From Macrostomum lignano (lineage: Eukaryota): 64,000 bases of DNA. Made by a program: the position numbers and the translations under genes. The DNA lies in NCBI GenBank assembly GCA_002269645.1, contig NIVC01002151.1:124001-188000 (forward strand), in the 5' to 3' direction. Numbering within the stretch: the stretch's first letter is position 1; every line of letters begins with the position of its first letter. Below, one piece after another: positions 37,262-55,167 of this stretch. The notes beneath the pieces were generated by a model, which made no database searches, had not been told where the DNA came from, and saw nothing but the letters and a program-made list of their open reading frames with translations.

Positions 37262-39336
37262 CTCGTCTCGATACCGCCCTTCCGTCTCTTCCGCCCCTCC
37301 TCCCGTCTCTTCCGCCCCTCCTCCCGTCTCTTCCGCCCCTCCTCCCGTCTCTTCCGCCCCTCCTCCCGTCTCTTCCGCCCTTCTCCCGTCTCTTCCGCCC
37401 GTCCTCCCGTCTCTTCCACCCCTCCTCCCGTCTCTTCCGCCCTTCTCCCGTCTCTTCCGCCCCTCCTCCCGTCTCTTCCGCCCCTCCTCCCGTCTCTTCC
37501 GCCCTTCTCCCGTCTCTTCCGCCCTTCTCCCGTCTCTTCCGCCCCTCCTCCCGTCTCTTCCGCCCCTCCTCCCGTCTCTTCCGCCCCTCCTCCCGTCTCT
37601 TCCGCCCTTCTCCCGTCTCTTCCGCCCGTCCTCCCGTCTCTTCCGCCCGTCCTCCCGTCTCTTCCACCCCTCCTCCCGTCTCTTCCGCCCCTCCTCCCGT
37701 CCCTTCCGCCCTTCTCCCGTCTCTTCCACCCCTCCTCCCGTCTCATCCGCCCCTCCTCCCGTCTCTTCCGCCCCTCCTCCCGTCTCTTCCGCCCCTCCTC
37801 CCGTCTCTTCCGCCCCTCCTCCCGTCTCTTCCGCCCCTCCTCCCGTCTCTTCCGCCCCTCTTCCCGTCTCCTCTGCCCCTTCTCCCGTCTCTTCCGCCCC
37901 TCCTCCCGTCTCTTCCGCCCCTCCTCCCGTCTCTTCCGCCCGTCCTCCCGTCTCTTCCGCCCTTCTCCCGTCTCTTCCGCCCCCTCCTCCCGTCTCTTCC
38001 GCCCGTCCTCCCGTCTCTTCCGCCCCTCCTCCCGTCTCTTCCGCCCTCCTCCCGTCTCTTCCGCCCGTCCTCCCGTCTCTTCCACCCCTCCTCCCGTCTC
38101 TTCCACCCCTCCTCCCGTCTCTTCCACCCCTCCTCCCGTCTCTTCCACCCCTCCTCCCGTCTCTTCCACCCCTCCTCCCGTCTCTTCCGCCCTTCTCCCG
38201 TCTCTTCCGCCCCTCCTCCCGTCTCTTCCGCCCTTCTCCCGTCTCTTCCGCCCTTCTCCCGTCTCTTCCGCCCTTCTCCCGTCTCTTCCGCCCTTCTCCC
38301 GTCTCTTCCGCCCGTTCTCCCGTCTCTTCCGCCCGTTCTCCCGTCTCTTCCGCCCCCTCCTCCCGTCTCTTCCGCCCCTCCTCCCGTCTCTTCCGCCCTT
38401 CTCCCGTCTCTTCCGCCCTTCTCCCGTCTCTTTCGCGCCGTTCTCCGTCTCTTCCGCCCCTCTCCCGTCTCTTTCCGCCCCTCTTCCCGCCTCTTCGCCC
38501 TCCTCCCGTCTCTTCCGCCCTTCTCCCGTCTCTTCCGTCCCTCCTCCCGTCTCTTCCGCCCCTCCTCCCGTCTCTTCCGTCCCTCCTCCCGTCTCTTCCG
38601 CCCCTCCTCCCGTCTCTTCCTCCCCTCTTCCCGTCTCTTCCGTCCCTCCTCCCGTCTCTTCCGTCCCTCCTCCCGTCTCTTCCTCCCGTCTCTTCCGCCC
38701 CTTCTCCCGTCTCTTCCGTCCCTCCTCCCGTCTCTTCTTCCCGTCTCTTCCGCCCCTCTTGCCGTCTCCTCTGCCCCTCCTCCCGTCTCTTCCGCCCTTC
38801 TCCCGTCTCTTCCGTCCCTCCTCCCGTCTCTTCCTCCCCTCTTCCCGTCTCTTCCGTCCCTCCTCCCGTCTCTTCCTCCCGTCTCTTCCGCCCGTTCTCC
38901 CGTCTCTTCCTCCCCTCTTCCCGTCTCTTCCGTCCCTCCTCCCGTCTCTTCCGCCCCTCCTCCCGTCTCTTCCGTCCCTTCTCCCGTCTCTTCCTCCCGT
39001 CTCTTCCGTCCCTCCTCCCGTCTCTTCCTCCCGTCTCTTCCGTCCCTCCTCCCGTCTCTTCCTCCCGTCTCTTCCGCCCGTTCTCCCGTCTCTTCCTCCC
39101 CTCTTCCCGTCTCTTCCGTCCCTCCTCCCGTCTCTTCCGCCCCTCCTCCCGTCTCTTCCGTCCCTCCTCCCGTCTCTTCCTCCCGTCTCTTCCGTCCCTC
39201 CTCCCGTCTCTTCCGCCCCCTCCTCCCGTCTCTTCCGCCCCTCCTCCCGTCTCTTCCGCCCCCTCCTCCCGTCTCTTCCGCCCCTCCTCCCGTCTCTTCC
39301 GCCCTTCTCCCGTCTCTTCCGCCTTCTCCCGTCTCT
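37262..39336. repeat. 20-21-bp pyrimidine-rich minisatellite (CCTCCTCCCGTCTCTTCCGCC)n running into an assembly gap
   Basis: Direct reading; source of the ~1000-aa artefact ORFs. Confidence 0.95.
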
Positions 39337-40271
39337 NNNNNNNNNNNNNNNNNNNNNNNNNNNNNNNNNNNNNNNNNNNNNNNNNNNNNNNNNNNNNNNN
39401 NNNNNNNNNNNNNNNNNNNNNNNNNNNNNNNNNNNNNNNNNNNNNNNNNNNNNNNNNNNNNNNNNNNNNNNNNNNNNNNNNNNNNNNNNNNNNNNNNNNN
39501 NNNNNNNNNNNNNNNNNNNNNNNNNNNNNNNNNNNNNNNNNNNNNNNNNNNNNNNNNNNNNNNNNNNNNNNNNNNNNNNNNNNNNNNNNNNNNNNNNNNN
39601 NNNNNNNNNNNNNNNNNNNNNNNNNNNNNNNNNNNNNNNNNNNNNNNNNNNNNNNNNNNNNNNNNNNNNNNNNNNNNNNNNNNNNNNNNNNNNNNNNNNN
39701 NNNNNNNNNNNNNNNNNNNNNNNNNNNNNNNNNNNNNNNNNNNNNNNNNNNNNNNNNNNNNNNNNNNNNNNNNNNNNNNNNNNNNNNNNNNNNNNNNNNN
39801 NNNNNNNNNNNNNNNNNNNNNNNNNNNNNNNNNNNNNNNNNNNNNNNNNNNNNNNNNNNNNNNNNNNNNNNNNNNNNNNNNNNNNNNNNNNNNNNNNNNN
39901 NNNNNNNNNNNNNNNNNNNNNNNNNNNNNNNNNNNNNNNNNNNNNNNNNNNNNNNNNNNNNNNNNNNNNNNNNNNNNNNNNNNNNNNNNNNNNNNNNNNN
40001 NNNNNNNNNNNNNNNNNNNNNNNNNNNNNNNNNNNNNNNNNNNNNNNNNNNNNNNNNNNNNNNNNNNNNNNNNNNNNNNNNNNNNNNNNNNNNNNNNNNN
40101 NNNNNNNNNNNNNNNNNNNNNNNNNNNNNNNNNNNNNNNNNNNNNNNNNNNNNNNNNNNNNNNNNNNNNNNNNNNNNNNNNNNNNNNNNNNNNNNNNNNN
40201 NNNNNNNNNNNNNNNNNNNNNNNNNNNNNNNNNNNNNNNNNNNNNNNNNNNNNNNNNNNNNNNNNNNNNNN
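39337..40271. other. Assembly gap (N run, ~935 nt)
   Basis: N characters. Confidence 0.99.
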
Positions 40272-40929
40272 NTCAGCGTTCTCTTGCAATTTGGCCGAAG
40301 CGATTAAGTCTATACGAGTGTTATTTGACTGATAAAATATAATAACTGTTAATATAATATGATGTGCATTTCGTTGGCGGCATTTTGTTTAATAAAAAAT
40401 AATTCAACGCCAAGTTGATAGTTATATTAGCAAGTAGCTTCCTAAAAGAAGCGTCGCTTTTCACAGAACGGTGAAGCAGCGGCGAGAAAGGGGGAGAGAG
40501 AGAGAGAGCGAGAACATGCTGTTTAAATCTATAGCTACCAGCTGTGCAGTTCGAGAGTGCCGCCAAAATTCCACTTTTCTTAGTCTCTCTTAGCGTCTTG
40601 TTGTACCCTGAAGCCAAAGCTTATTTTTGTGTCGGTATTTGTTTTTGCCTCGGGCAAATTTATCTCGGATGGCTTCGGCCATAGACTATAAAACGGCGCG
40701 GCTGGAATTGCTTCTGCCATAGACGAATATATCTAAACTCATTTGTCATTTCAAGTATTGCCTTAATGGCCCTGGAAGCGACGCTGGGTTGCCCAATCCC
40801 AAATTTTATACATTGGCTGGACGAGCTTCAGAGCACAGCAGCACGCTCTCACACAATTAGGCTTGACTTCGGTCTTGCTTCAACTGCGGAAGATTGCTGG
40901 ATGGTGAATATGTTGGAGTCTAGAATCGG

Positions 40930-41205
40930 TTGCTATGGATGCTTAAAATGTGTTGTTGCTAGGACGGCTTGCTAATAGAGTCTAGAATCGATAATCAGTT
41001 GCCAAGGACGCCAAGAATGGTAAATCGGTTGCTAGGGACGCACAGAATCGAAAACCGGTTGCTAAGGACGCCTAGAATCGACAATCGGTTTCTAATGACA
41101 CCTAAAACCGGTAATTGTTGTTCTAAGATCGCCTAGAATCGATAATCCGTTGCTAAGGACGCCTAGAATCGATAATCAGTTGCTAAGGACGCGTAGAACC
41201 GGTCG
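40930..41205. repeat. Degenerate ~30-bp tandem repeat (GGTTGCTAAGGACGCCTAGAATCGATAATC-like)
   Basis: About 9 diverged copies. Confidence 0.8.
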
Positions 41206-41751
41206 CCAAGGAGCCGGTTTTAATCATGCATTTAAATTGTCCATAATTCTTACTACATAACTTTGCAGGGCCAATACTGTACATGTGTAGCTGGCGTATC
41301 TGGAATTTCCTTCCTTCATATAACTGGTGCAACAATCGCTTTATCAATTTCCGTCTTTGCACTTATGAAAGCAGACGCGCGTGCATCCATGGATGCATTA
41401 TCTGCACTTTTCCATTATCTAATTGAAAGATATTGTTCGCTATAGCTATGGTCGTCAGCCTGAATTGGCTGTGGCAATATATTTCCTGCAGCGGGTTCGT
41501 CTACGCAAGGCACAGGACCAGCAATAACCAGGAAATGGTGCGGATAGCAGCTGCTGCTTTTGCTTTTAATGCTTTCCTGTTGCCGCGTTGCTGGATGCTG
41601 CGGCTCGAGTTTAGGGGATTGGACCGGGTACGCAGAGGAGAATTATCCCAAAAACGTCAGTTTCAATTATTTTTGTCAGAGGCTGGTGCAATACAATGTA
41701 TGCTGTAGCAAATACTCTCAGTGCAGTTTTCAACCCTCCCGTAGCCTCACG

Positions 41752-43345
41752 TGTGCTAGTGTTCTACATGTAATCAGTATGGTGTGCTAGTGTTCTACAT
41801 GTAATCAGTATGGTGTGCTAGTGTTCTACATGTAATCAGTATGGTGTGCTAGTGTTCTACATGTAATCAGTATGGTGTGCTAGTGTTCTACATGCAATCA
41901 GTATGGTGTGCTAGTGTTCTACATGTAATCAGTATGGTGTGCTAGTGTTCTACATGCAATCAGTATGGTGTGCTAGTGTTCTACATGTAATCAGTATGGT
42001 GTGCTAGTGTTCTACATGTAATCAGTATGGTGTGCTAGTGTTTTACATGTAATCAGTATGGTGTGCTAGTGTTCTACATGTAATCAGTATGGTGTGCTAG
42101 TGTTCTACATGTAATCAGTATGGTGTGCTAGTGTTCTACATGTAATCAGTATGGTGTGCTAGTGTTCTACATGTAATCAGTATGATGTGCTAGTGTTCTA
42201 CATGTAATCAGTATGGTGTGCTAGTGTTCTACATGCAATCAGTATGGTGTGCTAGTGTTCTACATGTAATCAGTATGGTGTGCTAGTGTTTTACATGTAA
42301 TCAGTATGGTGTGCTAGTGTTCTACATGCAATCAGTATAGTGTGCTAGTGTTCTACATGTAATCAGTATGGTGTGCTAGTGTTCTACATGCAATCAGTAT
42401 GGTGTGCTAGTGTTCTACGTGTAATCAGTATGGTGTGCTAGTGTTCTACATGTAATCAGTATGGTGTGCTAGTGTTCTACATGCAATCAGTATGGTGTGC
42501 TAGTGTTCTACATGTAATCAGTATGGTGTGCTAGTGTTCTACATGTAATCAGTATGGTGTGCTAGTGTTCTACATGTAATCAGTATGATGTGCTAGTGTT
42601 CTACATGCAATCAGTATGGTGTGCTAGTGTTCTACATGTAATCAGTATGGTGTGCTAGTGTTCTACATGCAATCAGTATGGTGTGCTAGGGTTCTAGATG
42701 TAATCAGTATGGTGTGCTAGTGTTCTAGATGTAATCAGTATGGTGTGCTAGTGTTCTACATGTAATCAGTATGGTGTGCTAGTGTTCTACATGCAATCAG
42801 TATGGTGTGCTAGTGTTCTACATGTAATCAGTATGGTGTGCTAGTGTTCTACATGCAATCAGTATGGTGTGCTAGTGTTCTACATGCAATCAGTATGGTG
42901 TGCTAGTGTTCTACATGTAATCAGTATGGTGTGCTAGTGTTCTACATGCAATCAGTATGGTGTGCTAGTGTTCTACATGTAATCAGTATGGTGTGCTAGT
43001 GTTCTACATGTAATCAGTATGGTGTGCTAGTGTTCTACATGTAATCAGTATGGTGTGCTATTGTTCTACTTGTAATCAGTATGATGTGCTAGTGTTCTAC
43101 ATGTAATCAGTATGGTGTGCTAGTGTTCTACATGTAATCAGTATGGTGTGCTAGTGTTCTACATGTAATCAGTATGGTGTGCTAGTGTTCTACATGTAAT
43201 CAGTATGGTGTGCTAGTGTTCTACATGTATTCAGTATGGTGTGCTAGTGTTCTACATGTAATCAGTATGGTGTGCTAGTGTTCTACATGTAATCAGTATG
43301 GTGTGCTAGTGTTCTACATGTAATCAGTATGGTGTGCTAGTGTTC
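41752..43345. repeat. 31-bp minisatellite (GTGTGCTAGTGTTCTACATGTAATCAGTATG)n, ~51 copies
   Basis: Highly homogeneous head-to-tail array with no spacers. Confidence 0.97.
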
Positions 43346-43379
43346 TAGTGTTCTACATGTTCTAGCACACCAATGGGCA

Positions 43380-43586
43380 CAGCTACCTCAATGGGCAGAT
43401 GTGCAACCGACAGCTCAGCGGCAGCTATTGTGCGGCCCATCTGAAGGCTGCGTACGGCTGTTCAGTCCGAAGACTGCAGAGTTAATTGTCTTGCTCAAGG
43501 ACACAAATTGTTCCGAGTGGGTCGGGAATCGAACCCTCGACCTGTCAGTCGTGAATCCGACGCTCTAACCACTAGGCTACGGCCCC
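43380..43586 (-). mobile_element. tRNA-derived SINE, same family as 35964-36250, with an internal deletion
   Basis: The reverse complement GGGGCCGTAGCCTAGTGGTTAGAGCGTCGG...GGTTCGATTCCCG...GTGTCCTTGAGCAAGACA has intact A/B boxes and the same 3' body. Confidence 0.85.
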
Positions 43587-43760
43587 CTAGTTATGATAAC
43601 ATAGATGCGGAGAGCAGGGGGACATGTCCCCCTCCAGTGAAACCTTTTGGGGGGACATACCAATGCTTTGTCCCCCCCAACCCCACCTTGTAACCCGTTT
43701 TGGGAATCAATAATTTTGCTTCAGGTCGACAAAACGTAGCGCCCGTGTTCTTTTAGTATT

Positions 43761-49025
<5,265 letters not shown>

Positions 49026-49069
49026 TTCTTTTAGTATTTATAGTATTAGTACTTTTAATATTAATATTT

Positions 49070-49560
49070 GAGTGCCTGTGACGCTAAAATGAGTGCCTGC
49101 GGCGCTAAAATAAGTGCCTGCGGCGCTAAAATGAGTGCCTGCGGCGCTAAAATGAGTGCCCACGGCGCTAAAATGAGTGCCTGTGGCGCTAAAATGAGTG
49201 CCCACGGCGCTAAAATGAGTGCCTGCGGCGCTAAAATGAGTGCCTGCGGCGCTAAAATGAGTGCCTGCGGCGCTAAAATGAGTGCCTGCGGCGCTAAAAT
49301 GAGTGCCTGCGGCGCTAAAATGAGTGCCTGCGGCGCTAAAATGAGTGCCTGCGGCGCTAAAATGAGTGCCTGCGGCGCTAAAATAAGTGCCTGCGGCGCT
49401 AAAATGAGTGCCTGCGGTGCTAAAATGAGTGCCTGCGGCGCTAAAATGAGTGCCTGCGGCGCTAAAATAAGTGCCTGCGGCGCTAAAATAAGTGCCTGCG
49501 GCGCTAAAATAAGTGCCTGCGGCGCTAAAATAAGTGCCTGCGGCGCTAAAATACTAAAAA
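49070..49560. repeat. 21-bp minisatellite (GAGTGCCTGCGGCGCTAAAAT)n
   Basis: About 23 copies. Confidence 0.95.
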
Positions 49561-50104
49561 ACTAAATGAGTGCCAGCATATGGATATATATATATATAAT
49601 TACGCTCGTAAATATATATATGCATATGGATCTATTAGCTAGTTAATAAGGCAAGTAAAATATGTGAAATATTTACTTGAAAGGCCATCCATGCCAGCAA
49701 AACGCTAGAAAAGTACAAGGATCTCTCGAACAATGTCCTGGGCCTGTACATTAGCATCAGATCCTTGACTAGCTGCTGGAACCCCCGCTGTTCTGAAATT
49801 TAATAATTAATTGCTTCCCTCTTGGCTACGCCCCGAGCTCTCCGGCTGAAATCCGGACCCCACTCGAGGGCAGTCCAGAAAGAAGATCCACATTGCGTGT
49901 TGAGCAATCAGCCCAGTGAGACAAGCAGACTCTGGCATGGGTTATTAATCATGACAGATCCGCTTGAAAATTCGAAATTGCTAGGAATCGAAAAATGTCG
50001 ATAAAAATTAATTTATTTTTTATAGCTTCTGTTGCTGGGTCGAATTGTAGCTGATTCTCGCGCCTGATTGGTAGAGGGTTTGCGTGCAGGAATATCTTAG
50101 CAAA

Positions 50105-50492
50105 ATTGAGTTTGATTTAGAGTTCGAGTTCAATTTCAAGTTCGAGTTCGAGTTCGAGTTTATGTTCGAGTTCAAGTTCGAGTTCAAGTTCGAGTTCAAG
50201 TTCGAGTTCGAGTTCAAGTTCGAGTTCAAGCTCGAGTTTAAATTCGAGTTCGAGTTCAATTTCAAGTTCGAGTTTAAGTTCGAGTTCAAGTTCGAGTTCG
50301 AGTTCAAGTTCGAGTTCAAGCTCGAGTTTAAATTCGAGTTCGAGTTCAAGTTCGAGTTCAAGTTCGAGTTCAAGATCGAGTTTAAATTCGAGTTCGAGTT
50401 CAAGTTCAAGTTCGAGTCTGAGTTCGAGTTTGAGTTCGAGTTCAAGTTCAAGTTCGAGTTTGAGTTTGAGTTCAAATTCGAGCTCGAGTTCG
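50105..50492. repeat. Hexamer repeat (TTCGAG/TTCAAG)n
   Basis: Direct reading. Confidence 0.93.
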
Positions 50493-50966
50493 AATACCAA
50501 TGCACCAAACATCGCTGTGTCAATCAAACGCTCTATTCGCGGACGCACTAGATTTGGGAAGCCAAAAGCTGATACTTTCCAAAGTCCCACACAATCTGCA
50601 GCTGCCATCAGGGCAGGTACTAAAAGGAAGTGCGATTTCGGTCCAGCAATCTGCAGCTATTTTTAAACTCGCCACCAAAACCAAATCCTCTTTTGCTTTC
50701 TGACGTTCCAGAAAATGAATTGCATTTGGGGCCGCCGATCTTCGCTTTGCTTTCGACGTGCCTGCGGTGAAGGGTTTGGTTAAATTGCCCCCCCCCTGCC
50801 CCCCGTGTCCCCGCGGTGCCAGCATCTATCTAGGAATCTCTGTATGAACTCTAGGCTGGGCCAGAACACTCCCTGCTACAGTGTTAGATCTTAACAGCAG
50901 ATCTGGGGGGGACCTTGCCAAAGCATTGTTATGGAGGCTACAACTTGAACTGCAAAGATCTTATAG

Positions 50967-52370
<1,404 letters not shown>

Positions 52371-52729
52371 TAAGCTTTCATACCCCATCAACAAGCTAGA
52401 GATCAATGTACATACTTTCTGGGTTTTTAGATAGCATTAAAACTATTTAAAGTGACTCCAATGCTAATACTCAAAGTTAGGCTATTCGGAAGTCGTATTG
52501 GTGACAGATATCGATCGGAAATGATTAAAATTCGAACGGCTGGAGTGGATCGCGCTGCACTGCTCTTCTATGAAATTTCGTATAATTTTCTGTTTGTCAG
52601 TTTTGCTTCCTGTAGCATTGAGTACTGCTGCCAGTGCGCTTGCAGACGCTTCTGGGGAAACCTGATGGGAAGGTTGGGAGAAAAATAGGGAAACGGGAAA
52701 TTGTAGTTTTGAGGTGGAAAGAGGAAAGA

Positions 52730-53060
52730 GAGGAGAGATAGGGCAAAGAGGGGAGAGAGGGCAAAGAGGGGAGAGAGGGCAAAGAGGGGAGAGAGGGCAA
52801 AGCGGAGAGAGAGGGCAAAGAGAGGAGAGAGGGCAAAAAGGGGAGAGAGGGCAAAGAGGGGAGAGAGGGCAAATAGGGGAGAGAGGGTAGAGGGGAGAGA
52901 GGGCAAATAGGGGAGAGAGGGCAAATAGGGAGAGAGGGTAGAGGGGAGAGAGGGCAAATAGGGGAGAGAGGGCAAATAGGGGAGAGAGGGTAGAGGGGAG
53001 AGAGGGCAAATAGGGGAGAGAGGGCAAAGAGGGGAGAGAGGGCAAATAGGGGAGAGAGGA
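52730..53060. repeat. 18-bp purine-rich repeat (GGGGAGAGAGGGCAAA[GT]A)n
   Basis: Direct reading. Confidence 0.9.
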
Positions 53061-53539
53061 GAACAGGAGTAAAAGGAGCGGAGAAGTAGAGAGGCCATCT
53101 GAGAAATCGTTGGCAGCCCGATTTCCCAGATCCTACAGAGGTAATTCGGGGCCGCTAGCAACGCTCCTTATTGCCAGTGTGCATTCAAACAGATAAAATG
53201 CTACTAATACGCTCACTAGCCAGACAATTCCTAATTGTGCTCCGTAAATTCTTAGCCCTGATTAGCATAACCCTAGCTCAGCTTGCAGTTAATTCGCCAG
53301 ATGTGTTGGCAAGAGTCAGACTTGAGGGAATACGCTGAGCTACAGAATAAATTTGGCATGTTTTGCATTCGCCTCTCAGCAGACCCCAGCTGGCTGTTGC
53401 ACTCTGTGCTAATTGCAACAGCGGGGGGCAGCTTTCATAGCGATGAAAAAATACTCGGCATACAGAGAGCTTCGGTGCACCGCTGGATGGCAGCTCAGTT
53501 CCGGATGCGAGTTAAACATGCTGTGGTTGTTCTCAGATG

Positions 53540-53960
53540 ACCGTTTTGGCGCCTCTTCAATCCCAGTTTTGGCGCTTTTTCAATCCCAGTTTTGGCGCTT
53601 TTTCAATCCCAGTTTTGGCTCTTTTTCAGTCCCAGTTTTGGCGCTTTTTCAGTCCCAGTTTTGGCGCTTTTTCAATCCCAGTTTTGGCTCTTTTTCAGTC
53701 CCAGTTTTGGCGCTTTTTCAGTCCCAGTTTTGGCGCTTTTTCAATCCCAGTTTTGGCGCTTTTTCAATCCCAGTTTTGGCGCTTTTTCAATCCCAGTTTT
53801 GGCGCTTTTTCAATCCCAGTTTTGGCGCCTCTTCAATCCCAGTTTTGGCGCTTTTTCAATCCCAGTTTTGGCGCTTTTTCAGTCCCAGTTTTGGCGCTTT
53901 TTCAGTCCCAGTTTTGGCGCTTTTTCAGTCCCAGTTTTGGCGCTTTTTCAGTCCCAGTTT
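53540..53960. repeat. 23-bp minisatellite (TCCCAGTTTTGGCGCTTTTTCAA)n
   Basis: About 18 copies; the 69-nt periodicity in the translated frames fits 3 x 23. Confidence 0.95.
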
Positions 53961-55167
53961 TTCGTCTTCCAGCAACAGTTTTAACAAAGGCGGACCACAG
54001 TTTCAAAACCCTTTTAATAAAGCCTCAAGATAAGTCATTCAGATCAACAGACCTTTTTCAATATTGATTGCAGCACTTGTTCTGCTGTTCAAGGGAGTTG
54101 CTTGGGGATTTCTTTACCAGAAAATCATTTCACGCTGGGGCAGCGCTGTTTGTTAGAATGGAGACCAGATGGTTAAAATTGGATAAGGAGTGAAACTATA
54201 AGAGGAGAAAAGACGAGAGCTGACCCAGAAACAGGGGGGCAAGTAACGAGGAGAATTATCCTTTGCTAAGAAACATTTGGCCAACCCAGAAGAGAAAATG
54301 CTTGTCCCGGCTGCTTGGCCATTCATTTCGGACTGCGAACATCTCCATTCTGCCCCCTGCCCGCAAAGTCCCCCCCGGGCAGATTGCTGCCCCCCATCCC
54401 GAGGCCCCAAGAGCTTTGATAGCTTCGAAAGCTTGGCCTCCCTAAAACACGCTGACAAGGGGGAGGCGAGAGAGAGGGAGAGACTGCAGCAGCTGTACGA
54501 GTAATGGCTGCTGTAAGGGAGAGGCAGACCAGAGGGCGTGGTGGGGCTTCAAATGGACTGCCTGCAGCAGCAGCAGCAGCAGCAGTGAGGGGGGTAGCTT
54601 AGCATTTTTGTGCCGTGCGCCCACCAAAAGTGCAGACGGATCGCTGATTACCGATACTGCCTGGCTGCCTGACTGACTGAACGGCCCGCAGCGCCTCCTG
54701 TGCAGCTTCAGAAGCAATGGTTGAGGAAGGGACAGTGAAGAACAGCGGGCGCATTGTTCGGCTTTTTCGGTCTTCACAACTGCACTGGACAGTCCAGAGC
54801 CCCGCTCGCGAACTGCAGCGGCCAATGGGAGAGGGGCGAAGACTAGAGGGTAGCGGAGAGGCTGCTGGGGACGATGCGGCACTAAGAGCATCGGTGGACA
54901 GAGTTGCGCTTCCTGTTGCAGTACACACCAACGGGCGGGGGATAAGATACAGCACCGGAGAGTCGGGCAATTTACGCCCAAAGTGGATTTTAGTTTCCAC
55001 TGCTGCAGTGGCTGTCCATAGGCCAGCGTCTGACAGCTCGCATTCATAGCCTTCGAGCAGCGCTCTCGCGGCTTGTCAACCTCGCCAAGTGGGCCGTCTG
55101 TTCCTGCTGGTTCAGCGCTACCGACAGCGCGCACGATCGGCCCTCAGCCGTCGATGCTGAGTAGCTG

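Noticed and set aside
37186-40342. ORFs of 500-1050 aa (Pro/Ser/Leu- or Arg/Gly/Glu-rich)
   Set aside because: They are translations of a stop-free minisatellite plus an N gap.
41752-43345. CRISPR-like appearance of the 31-bp array (also the 41- and 62-bp arrays)
   Set aside because: Units are directly head-to-tail with no unique spacers, there are no cas genes, and the context is eukaryotic.
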